In this document: piece by piece, positions 44,821 to 55,427 of the stretch
Layout of the letters: every line of letters begins with the position of its first letter
Numbering within the stretch: the stretch's first letter is position 1
Origin: Escherichia coli
Lineage (GTDB): Bacteria; Pseudomonadota; Gammaproteobacteria; Enterobacterales; Enterobacteriaceae
Direction: 5' to 3' (one strand)
Assembly: GCF_030013595.1 (NCBI RefSeq)
Contig: NZ_CP122768.1
Length of the DNA: 64,000 nt
Notes under the pieces: generated by a model
Database searches by the model: none
Seen by the model: only the letters and a program-made list of their open reading frames with translations
Told to the model about the DNA's origin: nothing
Made by a program: the position numbers and the translations under genes

Positions 44821-45471
44821 ATGAATGCACGAAAAGCGGTACTGGCAGACAATCCGGAATTGATCCTGCGTGTGCTACAGCTGAGATTTGACGAGTCACT
44901 GTCGTACCCGCGCATTTCTGCGCAGACCGGTGTCAGCAAAACCGCCATTTTTTCTCTGGTGAGGCGATTTCACCAGGTATTCACTGACTGGCCTCTTTCC
45001 GGTGAATATTCCTGCGGGCAACTGGCCCGGGCTCTTTTCCCGGGGCGATACCCTTCAGCCCCGACCGTGACTCAGCCTGTGAAAGCAGAGAAACCCCGCC
45101 GGAACCGATTTTCACCGGAGTTTAAATGGAGACTGGTTCAGCAAACTCTTTTACCCGGTGCCTGTGTCGCACAAATAGCTCGAGAGAATGGAATTAACGA
45201 TAACCTGCTCTTTAACTGGCGGCATCTCTGGCGTAACGGTGGCCTGCAACCGCCCGGCGAACATGAAACATCGCTACTTCCCGTGACGTTAACTCCGGAG
45301 CCGGATAATAAAATCCCGGCACCAGTGCAGATACCTGAACAGATAAATACACTGCCAGACAGTCTGTGCTGCGAGCTGGTTCTGCCGGCCGGAACTCTCA
45401 GGCTGAAAGGTGAACTGACACCGGCGTTATTACAGACACTTATCCGCGAAATGAAAGGGAGCAGCCACTGA
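44821..45471 (+). CDS. IS66-family OrfA-like protein with ~90-aa N-terminal extension
   Basis: C-terminal two thirds (...RRNRFSPEFKWRLVQQTLLPGACVAQIARENGINDNLLFNWR...) resembles IS66 OrfA; N-terminal part does not. Confidence 0.55.
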   Translation: MNARKAVLADNPELILRVLQLRFDESLSYPRISAQTGVSKTAIFSLVRRFHQVFTDWPLSGEYSCGQLARALFPGRYPSAPTVTQPVKAEKPRRNRFSPEFKWRLVQQTLLPGACVAQIARENGINDNLLFNWRHLWRNGGLQPPGEHETSLLPVTLTPEPDNKIPAPVQIPEQINTLPDSLCCELVLPAGTLRLKGELTPALLQTLIREMKGSSH

Positions 45472-45818
45472 TGATATCTCTCCCTGCCGGTTCGCGTATC
45501 TGGCTGGTTGCCGGTATCACCGATATGCGAAATGGCTTTAACGGCCTGGCCTCAAAAGTTCAGAACGTCCTGAAGGATGACCCGTTCTCCGGGCATCTGT
45601 TCATCTTCCGCGGACGCCGGGGTGACCAGATAAAAGTGCTGTGGGCTGACAGTGACGGACTGTGCCTCTTCACCAAACGCCTGGAGCGGGGCCGCTTCGT
45701 CTGGCCGGTCACCCGCGATGGAAAGGTTCACCTTACTCCGGCTCAGTTGTCCATGCTTCTCGAAGGCATCGACTGGAAGCACCCGAAACGAACGGAACGC
45801 GCTGGCATCCGCATATAA
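45471..45818 (+). CDS. IS66-family accessory protein TnpB (Orf2)
   Basis: MISLPAGSRIWLVAGITDMRNGFNGLASKVQNVLKDDPFSGHLFIFRGRRGDQIKVLWAD... typical IS66 Orf2. Confidence 0.8.
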   Translation: MISLPAGSRIWLVAGITDMRNGFNGLASKVQNVLKDDPFSGHLFIFRGRRGDQIKVLWADSDGLCLFTKRLERGRFVWPVTRDGKVHLTPAQLSMLLEGIDWKHPKRTERAGIRI

Positions 45819-45837
45819 CCCGTTGTAAAGTGAGGAT

Positions 45838-47409
45838 ATGGACACCTCACTTGCTCATGAGAATGCCCGCCTGCGGGCACTGTTGCAGACGCAACAGGAC
45901 ACCATCCGCCAGATGGCGAAATACAACCGCCTGCTCTCACAGCGGGTGGCGGCTTATGCTTCCGAAATCAACCGGCTGAAGGCGCTGGTTGCGAAACTGC
46001 AGCGCATGCAGTTCGGTAAAAGCTCAGAAAAACTTCGCGCTAAAACCGAACGGCAGATACAGGAAGCCCAGGAGCGAATCAGCGCACTTCAGGAAGAAAT
46101 GGCGGAAACGCTGGATGAGCAATATGACCCGGTACTGCCATCCGCCCTGCGCCAGTCTTCAGCCCGTAAGCCGTTACCGGCCTCACTTCCCCGTGAAACC
46201 CGGGTCATCCGGCCGGAAGAGGAATGCTGCCCGGCCTGTGGTGGTGACCTCAGTCCTCTGGGGTGTGATGTGTCAGAGCAACTGGAGCTTATCAGCAGCG
46301 CCTTTAAGGTTATCGAAACACAACGTCCGAAACTGGCCTGTTGCCGGTGCGACCATATCGTGCAGGCAACAGTACCTTCAAAACCCATTGCACGCAGTTA
46401 TGCCGGAGCGGGGCTTCTGGCCCATGTTGTTACCGGGAAATATGCAGACCATCTGCCGTTATACCGCCAGTCAGAAATATACCGTCGCCAGGGCGTGGAG
46501 CTGAGCCGCGCCACGCTGGGGCGCTGGACAGGTGCCGTTGCTGAACTGCTGGAGCCGCTGTATGACGTCCTGCGCCAGTATGTGCTGATGCCCGGTAAAG
46601 TCCATGCGGATGATATCCCCGTTCCGGTCCAGGAGCCGGGCAGTGGTAAAACAAGAACTGCCCGGCTGTGGGTCTATGTCCGTGATGACCGTAACGCCGG
46701 TTCACAGATGCCCCCGGCGGTCTGGTTCGCGTACAGCCCGGACCGGAAAGGTATCCATCCACAGAATCACCTGGCCGGTTACAGCGGTGTGCTTCAGGCA
46801 GATGCTTACGGTGGTTACCGGGCGTTATACGAATCCGGCAGAATAACGGAAGCCGCGTGTATGGCCCATGCCCGGAGAAAAATCCACGATGTGCATGCAA
46901 GAGTGCCAACCGACATCACCACGGAAGCCCTGCAGCGTATCGGTGAACTGTATGTCATCGAGGCAGAAGTCCGGGGATGTTCAGCAGAACAGCGTCTGGC
47001 AGCAAGAAAAGCCAGAGCGGCTCCACTGATGCAGTCACTGTATGACTGGATACAGGAACAGATGAAAACACTGTCGCGTCACTCGGATACGGCAAAAGCG
47101 TTCGCATACCTGCTGAAACAGTGGGAGGCCCTGAACGTGTACTGCAGTAATGGCTGGGTGGAAATCGACAACAACATCGCAGAGAACGCCTTACGGGGAG
47201 TGGCCGTAGGCCGGAAAAACTGGCTCTTCGCGGGTTCCGACAGCGGTGGCGAACATGCGGCGGTGTTGTACTCGCTGATCGGCACATGCCGTCTGAACAA
47301 TGTGGAACCAGAAAAATGGCTGCGTTACGTCATTGAGCATATCCAGGATTGGCCGGCAAACCGGGTACGCGATCTGTTGCCCTGGAAAGTTGATCTGACC
47401 TCTCAGTAA
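45838..47409 (+). CDS. IS66-family transposase TnpC
   Basis: 523 aa with leucine-zipper N-terminus, CxxC...CxxC zinc-finger-like motif (CPACGG...CCRC) and DDE-like core. Confidence 0.85.
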   Translation: MDTSLAHENARLRALLQTQQDTIRQMAKYNRLLSQRVAAYASEINRLKALVAKLQRMQFGKSSEKLRAKTERQIQEAQERISALQEEMAETLDEQYDPVLPSALRQSSARKPLPASLPRETRVIRPEEECCPACGGDLSPLGCDVSEQLELISSAFKVIETQRPKLACCRCDHIVQATVPSKPIARSYAGAGLLAHVVTGKYADHLPLYRQSEIYRRQGVELSRATLGRWTGAVAELLEPLYDVLRQYVLMPGKVHADDIPVPVQEPGSGKTRTARLWVYVRDDRNAGSQMPPAVWFAYSPDRKGIHPQNHLAGYSGVLQADAYGGYRALYESGRITEAACMAHARRKIHDVHARVPTDITTEALQRIGELYVIEAEVRGCSAEQRLAARKARAAPLMQSLYDWIQEQMKTLSRHSDTAKAFAYLLKQWEALNVYCSNGWVEIDNNIAENALRGVAVGRKNWLFAGSDSGGEHAAVLYSLIGTCRLNNVEPEKWLRYVIEHIQDWPANRVRDLLPWKVDLTSQ

Positions 47410-47952
47410 ATATCAATACGGTTCTGGCGAGCCGCTTACAATTATTGCCCCCCCCAAAGGAGATGATTTCATGTATAATTGTGGTGAATCATATTCAGAA
47501 TACGACATATCATTATCTGACGATGAAAACTATGACGATGACTATTATCGTGAACGCCCGTGTCCGGGAGAAGTTTTCGGCTATGATAATACTGAGGATA
47601 ATGATGAGGCGGCATCTGATTATGCATTAAAAATAAATGAAAACTCTGATTAATACGGGGGTAGCTGATAATAAGACAATCAATGACAGATATTAATGAA
47701 TAAACATAATCAGGCGCTCAATACTTGGTTTAATCTGGGCGCCTGATTAAAATCTGAGGAAACATATAATAATTTTCATCAAAATAGTATTTATGTACTA
47801 ACTAAGCTGGATTTGAACCTCTATTTCTGGGTATTTGTTATCACTTAATCCATTACTGCTCCTCCTTCAGCATATGTCGTATCCGTTGAAGGATTTACGC
47901 ATATCGGTAACGTCGGCAACGAGCCAGATGCGGGTACCTGACGGGAGTGAGA

Positions 47953-48378
47953 TCATCGTCCCCTCCCGGTCAGTTCACGGATCAACAGCGTGAGCAGCTC
48001 TGGCGATGGATTTTCCAGCGTCATGTTACCGTGACGGAACTCCACCTTGCAGGAGCCGGCACTGACACTGGTCTGAGTGGAAGTGGATAAAGACGGCGCA
48101 ATGGCCGCCACCGGTTCTTTCTGCTCATCCGGCGTTATTTCTACAGGTAATAATTCAACGCCAGTGTCAGAAGAGGTCGTTACCTGAAGACGCCGTGATA
48201 TACGCCCTTCGTTCTGCCAGAGCCTGAGCCATTTGAACAGGAGGTTATCATTGATATCGTGTTCCCGGGCAATACGGGCAACAGAGGCTCCTGGTTGTGA
48301 TGCCAGTTCCACCATACGAAGTTTGAATTCATTCGAATAGTTTTTACGAGGTTCTTTTCGCCAGTCCTGTAATTCCAT
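47953..48378 (-). CDS. IS66-family OrfA (orphan; no cognate orfB/orfC downstream)
   Basis: MELQDWRKEPRKNYSNEFKLRMVELASQPGASVARIAREHDINDNLLFKWLRLWQNEG... Confidence 0.7.
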   Translation of the reverse strand: MELQDWRKEPRKNYSNEFKLRMVELASQPGASVARIAREHDINDNLLFKWLRLWQNEGRISRRLQVTTSSDTGVELLPVEITPDEQKEPVAAIAPSLSTSTQTSVSAGSCKVEFRHGNMTLENPSPELLTLLIRELTGRGR

Positions 48379-48431
48379 ACTTAGATGTCCGTCTATATCA
48401 GATGGGCGTCTAAGTTACCAATTTTCGTCTG

Positions 48432-48680
48432 ATGGCTACATACGGCGGTCAGTTTACGCTTACTGACAACGCGATGGCGGAGAGCATCAATGGTCTTTAC
48501 AAAGCGGAGGTAATACACCGTAAGAGCTGGAAAAACCGTGCAGAAGTGGAACTGGCCACACTCACGTGGGTGGACTGGTATAACAATCGACGATTGCTGG
48601 AAAGGCTGGGCCATACTCCTCCGGCAGAAGCAGAAAAAGCTTATTATGCTTCCATCGGAAACGATGATCTGGCAGCCTGA
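48432..48680 (+). pseudogene. C-terminal fragment of an IS3-family transposase (OrfB integrase core tail)
   Basis: ...AESINGLYKAEVIHRKSWKNRAEVELATLTWVDWYNNRRLLERLGHTPPAEAE... Confidence 0.5.
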
Positions 48681-49062
48681 GTTCACAGATAAAACACTCT
48701 CCAGGAAACCCGGGGCGGTTCAAACCTGATTCTGGAAAAGGACTTTGTGGATTGTTGCTATTGCCAGTGAGATTGAATGAAGTCGTTTTAACTCGCTTTG
48801 AATACGTCTTGCCCCCAGATTTCGCTGAGAACGTAACTCCAGAATCAGAGCGACTTCGCAAGTGCCGGTTTTCGTTGATGGTGAACGCTTGGGGCGACGG
48901 CTGTGGCTTTCCAGACCAGCGATGCCCTGAGCCAGATATCTGCGCCACCATTTTACGCAATGTGGGCCGAGAAATGCCACAGCGACGGCATACAAATCCC
49001 GCATCACCGGACGTTTCATAGAGTTTTACCCACTGTAGCCGCTGCTGAATTTCCCTGTTCAT
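48562..49062 (-). pseudogene. Frameshifted N-terminal fragment of a transposase (HTH region)
   Basis: MNREIQQRLQWVKLYETSGDAGFVCRRCGISRPTLRKW-like N-terminus, overlapping alternative-frame ORF 48720..49019; family not assigned with confidence. Confidence 0.4.
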
Positions 49063-49412
49063 AATTTGGCATTAGTTCAGCTCAATCCCGACTTAAAAAG
49101 TCCCTACAGGATGTTCCGGACCTGAGGCACAGTTCATATCCTTATCCATAAAAAATTTAGCTATGTCTATAGCATTAATCTTGACAAGACGACGTTAGGG
49201 CCTGGCGATGAATCATTTCCCCTGCCAGATATCCTTTGGGGTGCACCAGAACTACCGTTTTATATCTATATAACTGAAACGTCCCTCGCCATCCTTCATA
49301 TTTTGATGTAGTAACACCATTCACTTTCATCTACCCCCCGTTTTATTAACATATAGTAAAAATCACCTCGCCGCATTTTATTCTTTTGAAGTAAAATCAT
49401 TTACCAGTTCAC

Positions 49413-50021
49413 TTAAAGCTCTCTTTTGTTCATCATCATACAGAGATTGAATCCGGAATTTAATCTCTTCTGCAACCAGTCTTGCATCGGGCTCATAAAA
49501 TAATTTGTTATTCGCTGTTTCTGATGTTCAGGCTGGTCTTCCATATTTCGTAAAACCAGATGAAATAATATATCATAAAGTGCGCAATGCCATGAATAAC
49601 CATCATTGGTTAAAATAAGCTCCCAAACCCGCTCCTGCTCGGCAATAAGCTGCAGAACAAAGGACTCAACCTGTTCTGTTTGTTCGGGGGCAACACGGTA
49701 TAGCGGAGCAATCACAGCAAAAGATAGTTCATTTAACCAGGATTCCGCTTCCTTCTCGCTCCTGAACGGTGGACAGTTTTGTATTCTTCGTTCGTATTCA
49801 CGGGTAATCTGCTCCAGAATATCCTCCGGCGGTGTCAGCCACTTATTCCTGAGCAATACACTGGTTGATGGATGACAGCTGGCTATTTCAGCAATAATTT
49901 CACGTAATGTCTCCGGGCTGAACTTCTTCAGCTGATTGTAGTGCTCCCGGGTAAAACCATGTTCATCGCATAAAAGTTGCCATGTCATTGATATACTGTT
50001 TGCCATTCCTTGCTTCATCAT
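49413..50021 (-). CDS. Hypothetical protein (202 aa) downstream of PerC-like gene
   Basis: ORF in same orientation and tight spacing with 50042..52245 cluster. Confidence 0.45.
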   Translation of the reverse strand: MMKQGMANSISMTWQLLCDEHGFTREHYNQLKKFSPETLREIIAEIASCHPSTSVLLRNKWLTPPEDILEQITREYERRIQNCPPFRSEKEAESWLNELSFAVIAPLYRVAPEQTEQVESFVLQLIAEQERVWELILTNDGYSWHCALYDILFHLVLRNMEDQPEHQKQRITNYFMSPMQDWLQKRLNSGFNLCMMMNKREL

Positions 50022-50041
50022 TAATACCTGTTACCTGAATA

Positions 50042-50350
50042 TCAACAGACCGGTGTACCTTTTCTGAATACCTCCCCGGACGGAGTGGCAATCCCCATTC
50101 GCCTCAGCGTGGCATCTGCAGCTTTCGCCACCTCGCTGATATCCAGCGTTTCAGGTAGCGGCGGGGACGATATCTGCGCCAGACAATAATTCCGGCGCAA
50201 CAACAACCACTCCCGTTGTGCTTCTGTACATTCAACATTTCCCATAACAAAAAGCCAGCGGTCAGAAGCTCTGCGCCAGCAACCAGCAGCCTCCAGTTTC
50301 TGCGCAACCATGTCTTCCACAACTTCCGGGGTACTCTTTTTCCTGCTCAA
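50042..50350 (-). CDS. PerC/Pch-family transcriptional regulator-like protein
   Basis: ...LEAAGCWRRASDRWLFVMGNVECTEAQREWLLLRRNYC... resembles PerC-family core (from memory). Confidence 0.55.
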   Translation of the reverse strand: MSRKKSTPEVVEDMVAQKLEAAGCWRRASDRWLFVMGNVECTEAQREWLLLRRNYCLAQISSPPLPETLDISEVAKAADATLRRMGIATPSGEVFRKGTPVC

Positions 50351-50389
50351 AACATTAACTCACTGAAATAATATACATATCTGACGGTC

Positions 50390-51028
50390 TCAGCGAACCG
50401 TCCATGCCGGGCTGAAATCCTCTTCCTGAAACAGCTCCGTCAGCCCGCTAATCTGTTTCAATCTGAGAACTTCATCCTGGTCCATACCCAGCTCCGTACC
50501 AATGCGTTCATTCGTCCAGCCCAGGCGCGACAGGTCCCTGACAATATCAGACATTGAGGTTATCTGATGTTTGCCCCTGGCCCGGTTATGTCGGATGGTC
50601 GCAGCAATACGTGAGGCCTGTCCCTTTCTCTCCGGATTAATACAGACCACCGGCAGCCAGCCCTTCAGACGTTTTCCCGTACCTGCTTCCCTGCCCAGCA
50701 CCTGGCGATGAAAACCATCCACCACCAGGTAATGGTTCTTTTCCTCAGACACCACCACCGGTTGTGTGAAACCATCTTTCTCCAGTGACTGCTTCAGCAG
50801 TTTCTTCTCACCCGGCGCCATGACATTAGGATTGTAATCATTGGCCACCACCTCATCTGCTTTTACCCACAGCACACAGTCCACTGGCTCATGTGCAAAA
50901 GGACTGACTTCATGAAGCACTCTGCGCAGGTGATTAAGGGCCTGTATGGTCTCTTCTTCTGGTCGTTCCTGGCTGAAGTACTGACGAATCATGTTGCCAA
51001 TTATCTCCGGTGTCACAGAATCCCCCAT
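50390..51028 (-). CDS. ParB/Srx-like nuclease-domain protein (IbrB-like)
   Basis: 212 aa, ...YNPNVMAPGEKKLLKQSLEKDGFTQPVVV...YLVVDGFHRQ... ParB-N-like motif; overlaps upstream gene by 16 bp. Confidence 0.65.
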   Translation of the reverse strand: MGDSVTPEIIGNMIRQYFSQERPEEETIQALNHLRRVLHEVSPFAHEPVDCVLWVKADEVVANDYNPNVMAPGEKKLLKQSLEKDGFTQPVVVSEEKNHYLVVDGFHRQVLGREAGTGKRLKGWLPVVCINPERKGQASRIAATIRHNRARGKHQITSMSDIVRDLSRLGWTNERIGTELGMDQDEVLRLKQISGLTELFQEEDFSPAWTVR

Positions 51029-52245
51029 TCCTTCCTCCTTTCTTTCATACGCTGCAGATAACGTTCATAGTGCCGGGGTTTGTTCGGACTGAAGGAGAGG
51101 GTCCGGTACCAGAAATCATTCTTTATAAGTGTCTTACAGATACGCCGCCAGGACGGAATATCCCGGCTCCCCAGGTCATTCTCCTGTTCATCCGGGATGT
51201 CATCCGGGAAGCCCCGCGTCTGATACCAGCGCAGGTAGACAGCAATTTTATTACGGTAATGTTCTGCCGTTCTTTCCGGCATCACATCCAGCAGGAACAT
51301 CGCATAGCTGCGCCAGGTATGATGGGCTGGTTTTGATATACGTTTACGCAGGGCAAAATAGGCACCGCTTTCATTGGCATAAAGCGCCCCGCTGGCAGCG
51401 CCTGACACCCGCTCACACATCCTGGCCCAGGTTTCCGGCTCCAGAACATGGTAAAGCCACAGCCCCTTACGTTGTTCAGGACCAAAAGGTTCACAGACAC
51501 GCATGTTGCGTAACGGCACGTCGGCACGGTACATCAGGTCATACAGAGGATTGTAAATGGCACAAGCTCTGGCGTTATATATCCAGATATCGCGGGCTTT
51601 CCAGTCATACAACGGATACATGGTGTAATAAAACCCTTCAGGCGATGCCGTGGTCCAGGGCTTATCATCGGCATATCTCAGTTTGCGCTGAGACACCAGC
51701 CCCATAAAGCGATTGAGGGATTCATCCGCACGAACACCGGTCAGCACTGCCACTCCACACCGGTTACCGGCAAACCAGGAAGAAAATGCCGGAACAAATT
51801 CTTCAAACGTCATGGCATACCGGAAAAAGGGAAAATATGTCATATCCGTAATGGCCTCTTCCGGTGGCTGGCGAACCCAGGTCACTCCTGGCTCCCAGCA
51901 TATCCACTCCGGCTGAAACTGCGAGACGCCGTTTACCGTGGTCAGGGGAAGTGCCACCCAGTAAAAGGTTTCCGTCACATCATGGTACATTTCCCGCATC
52001 TTCTGAATATGTTCAATGGTGCACCGATACTGGGCCTCCCAGTCAATGAACAGAACAGAGAAATGACGTTTTCTCCTGCGGGCCACCTCTGCCACAAGAT
52101 GGAAAAGCACGGTGGAATCCTTTCCACCTGAAAAAGACAGACATACCGACGGAAATGTTTCAAAAATCCACTCAATGCGGGCGATTGCAGCACGCAAAAC
52201 ATTTTCTCCGGTAAGGATTTTTTCGGTTAAAAGCGTATCACTCAT
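51013..52245 (-). CDS. PAPS-reductase-like PP-loop ATPase domain protein (IbrA-like); start at ATG 52245 with AGGAAA RBS
   Basis: PP-loop SFSGGKDS; large C-terminal extension; paired with ParB-like gene. Confidence 0.65.
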   Translation of the reverse strand: MSDTLLTEKILTGENVLRAAIARIEWIFETFPSVCLSFSGGKDSTVLFHLVAEVARRRKRHFSVLFIDWEAQYRCTIEHIQKMREMYHDVTETFYWVALPLTTVNGVSQFQPEWICWEPGVTWVRQPPEEAITDMTYFPFFRYAMTFEEFVPAFSSWFAGNRCGVAVLTGVRADESLNRFMGLVSQRKLRYADDKPWTTASPEGFYYTMYPLYDWKARDIWIYNARACAIYNPLYDLMYRADVPLRNMRVCEPFGPEQRKGLWLYHVLEPETWARMCERVSGAASGALYANESGAYFALRKRISKPAHHTWRSYAMFLLDVMPERTAEHYRNKIAVYLRWYQTRGFPDDIPDEQENDLGSRDIPSWRRICKTLIKNDFWYRTLSFSPNKPRHYERYLQRMKERRKEWGIL

Positions 52246-52745
52246 TTTCCTGGCTTTATGTCGAATAATTCTGTTTATACATTCAGGCAAACTTCATTAA
52301 TAACTCACCGCTTTGGGGATAAATAATAACAACAAAAATCTTCAGATATTAACCTGGTTGTTGGATTTGTTATCACATCCTTTATCCACCTGCTTCTTAC
52401 TGGTAACACACCTGGAAAATCCATGCATTTTCAACATATACTATCCTTTCAACTTGTAAATAAGAAAATATGATGCAGATGGTGAACAATTCAAATATCA
52501 TTTTGCAGGAAGTATTCACTGTAATAGAATTACCCCCTGATAAAGTTTATTCACTAAGGAATTATTCAACAGAAACATTCCCTGTTAGCTTTGAGCAATA
52601 GCACTTATTTTTATATGTATCAGGAATACGTACGTTGATGTAACCAAAACAAAGAAGCCTGTGTCCATGGGGTTCGTACAATTGTGTGTGGCACATGACC
52701 AAATCAGGTTTGAGACCTCCCGCTGCAATATTTTTTATTCAGATT

Positions 52746-55427
52746 TTAGCCTGTCAGGCCTGACAGAAACGCTCCCAACTTCCCTTCTATATCACTGTCT
52801 ATAGTACGTAATCTTAGCAATGGCAGGCCGCATTTCTTCAGTATACTGTTTTTAAGTTCATCACGTTCAGCCTGAACACTGGTCAGATGATAACCTCCAT
52901 CCACTTCAATAACCCCTAATGGAGTCTTCCCGACCTTATAGTAAACAACAAAGTCACAACTGGCCCGGTTACGCATGAATAACTGTTCACGGTGTGTAAA
53001 ATCCCCCCGCTCCAGCGACACCAACTGATTCAGCGCTATTTGTGAATGAAACATCATACTCCGATAACTATCCTGCGACAGGATATCCCGCAACAGGCAG
53101 GCCACAATCTGTTCTGACTTAAAGTGTGAATCATTTGAATTCAATCTACTATTCAGTCGTTCCAGTGATTTGTCATACTCACTGTACAGCAAATCAAATG
53201 CTGATATGACCGGGCTCTCGAAAATCTCTCCGTCATCAGCGTAGTATTTGATGTAACGAATCAGCGCCGCAATATGTCCAGCGTGGCGTTCAAATACATC
53301 ATTACCAGTCACCAGCGTAAATTTATTTCGGGCCCTTGAAACAGCGACATTCACCAGTTCAGGATTATCAACAAACGCGATGTTCCGACTGTGCTGGCTG
53401 CTGCGCTTCTTATCCAGCACAGTGGAAAACACAATTTCATCGCACTCCCGTCCCTGAAATTTATGCACCGTCGATTTCACAAAATCAGCAGGCAGCACTT
53501 TTTCAGCCAGATTAACCTGTGCATTATATGGGGCAATGTATCCCCTGCTACTTTCTTCATCCCAGTAATGACCTTCCAGAGATTCAAGCTCCCTGAGATT
53601 TGAAAAATTACGGGTATGGTTTCCTTTTGCCGTGATGACCAGAGATAATGAGGCTTCACCGGAATCAACCGTTAACGGTATCAGAGCATTATCATAAAAC
53701 TGCTTATTACAAAATTGAATGATTTTAGGATGACAACGATAATGCTCTTTAAGAAGGGTTACTGGCACCATGTTCCTGAACAACATACAAACCGAATCAA
53801 GTAGACTATATTTCTCACAATTATAGTATTCTGCCGGTGGAGATGGGCTGTTCGGGAGTAATACAGGAACATGTGGAAGTTGCTTACGATCCCCTACAAC
53901 GATTACATTACGGGCACATCCCAGTCCCAGAATGCCCGGAACAATATCCTGCTGCGAGGCTTCATCAATAATAACATAATCAAGAAGGGCCCCCTTGCCG
54001 ATAGAGTTAATAATCGAATGCGTACTGCTACCAATAATCGGAAAACGCTTTATAAAACGGTCAAATTCATCCCTGTATGTCTCTGCCGAGAATGAACTTC
54101 TTGTTGAAACATTTCTTCGCAGATGTTGCTTTAAATAAAGCATAGACCATGATGTCAGGCGCCCCAGTAAAATTTTAAAATCAGATTTTTTAAATACTTC
54201 CTCATATTCATTCAGAGAAATTTGTTTTTCCCGGATATTTTTTTCATAATAAGAAAGCTGAAGAGAAGTAAATAGCGCCAGCCTTCTCTCCGGAATCATC
54301 AATGGTTTGACTTTCAGTATCATGAAGTTTAACAACAAATCAATTCTGTTTCTGAATCCAATCCGCCTGTCAGAAAGGTAATGAATATAAGCCATCAGGT
54401 CGGTTGTTTTTTGTGAGGAAAATCGGTATTTGTGAGAAAAAAGCTCCTCCGGTCGAAGATTCTGACTCTGCCATTGCTGCAGGTATTTATACTCAATATT
54501 CAGCTCATTAATTTCTGCTTTTAACGAAGCGACCTGGTTAATGGCATTCAGGTGTTTTTTCACTTGTTGAAGTACATCATCAATCGCATTTGCAGACGGT
54601 GAGTCAGGTAAGACTTCCTCAGAACGCGAAATCGACGTTGAAAAAAACTGTTGCCTGTTCCCCGTACTCCCCAGTCGTGCCATCACATATCCCAGTTGCT
54701 GTTTGTCCATCTTTTCATAAACATTACTGACAGCTGAGTTATTATTGGACAAAATTGCCACTGTTTTATTCTGAATTAATATATTAGCAACAATATTGAG
54801 TATAGTCTGTGTTTTACCTGTTCCAGGTGGTCCTTCAATAACTGAAATCTGTGAGGAAAATGCCCGTTCGACAGCCAGCAACTGACTTTCATTAAGACCA
54901 AACGGAAAAATCAAACCCCATGGCGAATCACGTTTTTTACTCTGTCCTGAACAGTATGCATGCAAGGCGGTATCCGGATGAGGAACTATTTTCTTTATCT
55001 GCCTAAGGATATTCTCATCGATATTTCTGTTATTACCACGGGCATAAAAAATACGTTCATTAGCCACCCTACACAAGTAATTAAACACGGCATGCTCTGT
55101 AAATGCTGAACACTGTTGAAAGTCAAGGCCGGTCGTTTTCATGATGTAGGGTCGTTCACCCTCGCGGTAATAAACAGCAGCATATTTATCACCATATATA
55201 ATAACCAGTTCAGCCCGGGATGTTACAGCGTTCCCTTTCCTTTCGAGGAAAACATTTCGCAAATTTACAGTTGGCGTTATCTGACATACAGAAAGCGGAC
55301 GAGTATATTTTCTCCCGCTGCGAAAATGACAGGTCAGCATAACCTCTCTGTCGTCATTTCCAGCCCACAGCGTCCAGTCGGTAATTTTATGAGTCTTATT
55401 TTCACCGTCAACACAAATCGTGACCAT
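52746..55427 (-). CDS. Superfamily-1 (Upf1/DNA2-like) helicase with unknown N-terminal domain and C-terminal restriction-endonuclease-like domain
   Basis: Walker [11 protein letters not shown], Walker B IIDEASQ, motif VHKFQGRECD; C-terminal ...VYYKVGKTPLGVIEVDGGYHL...ERDELKN... endonuclease-like signature. Confidence 0.75.
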   Translation of the reverse strand: MVTICVDGENKTHKITDWTLWAGNDDREVMLTCHFRSGRKYTRPLSVCQITPTVNLRNVFLERKGNAVTSRAELVIIYGDKYAAVYYREGERPYIMKTTGLDFQQCSAFTEHAVFNYLCRVANERIFYARGNNRNIDENILRQIKKIVPHPDTALHAYCSGQSKKRDSPWGLIFPFGLNESQLLAVERAFSSQISVIEGPPGTGKTQTILNIVANILIQNKTVAILSNNNSAVSNVYEKMDKQQLGYVMARLGSTGNRQQFFSTSISRSEEVLPDSPSANAIDDVLQQVKKHLNAINQVASLKAEINELNIEYKYLQQWQSQNLRPEELFSHKYRFSSQKTTDLMAYIHYLSDRRIGFRNRIDLLLNFMILKVKPLMIPERRLALFTSLQLSYYEKNIREKQISLNEYEEVFKKSDFKILLGRLTSWSMLYLKQHLRRNVSTRSSFSAETYRDEFDRFIKRFPIIGSSTHSIINSIGKGALLDYVIIDEASQQDIVPGILGLGCARNVIVVGDRKQLPHVPVLLPNSPSPPAEYYNCEKYSLLDSVCMLFRNMVPVTLLKEHYRCHPKIIQFCNKQFYDNALIPLTVDSGEASLSLVITAKGNHTRNFSNLRELESLEGHYWDEESSRGYIAPYNAQVNLAEKVLPADFVKSTVHKFQGRECDEIVFSTVLDKKRSSQHSRNIAFVDNPELVNVAVSRARNKFTLVTGNDVFERHAGHIAALIRYIKYYADDGEIFESPVISAFDLLYSEYDKSLERLNSRLNSNDSHFKSEQIVACLLRDILSQDSYRSMMFHSQIALNQLVSLERGDFTHREQLFMRNRASCDFVVYYKVGKTPLGVIEVDGGYHLTSVQAERDELKNSILKKCGLPLLRLRTIDSDIEGKLGAFLSGLTG

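Larger units (their letters stand above)
44745..47439 (+). mobile_element. IS66-family insertion sequence (right end ...gagccgcttac at 47439; left end not recognisable, possibly truncated or diverged)
   Basis: orfA-like, orfB (TnpB) and TnpC in canonical order; terminal GTAAGCG-type motif only at right end. Confidence 0.5.

Noticed and set aside
47471-47653. 60-aa highly acidic ORF in the AT-rich gap after IS66
   Set aside because: Very short, low complexity, no clear RBS; cannot be supported as a gene.
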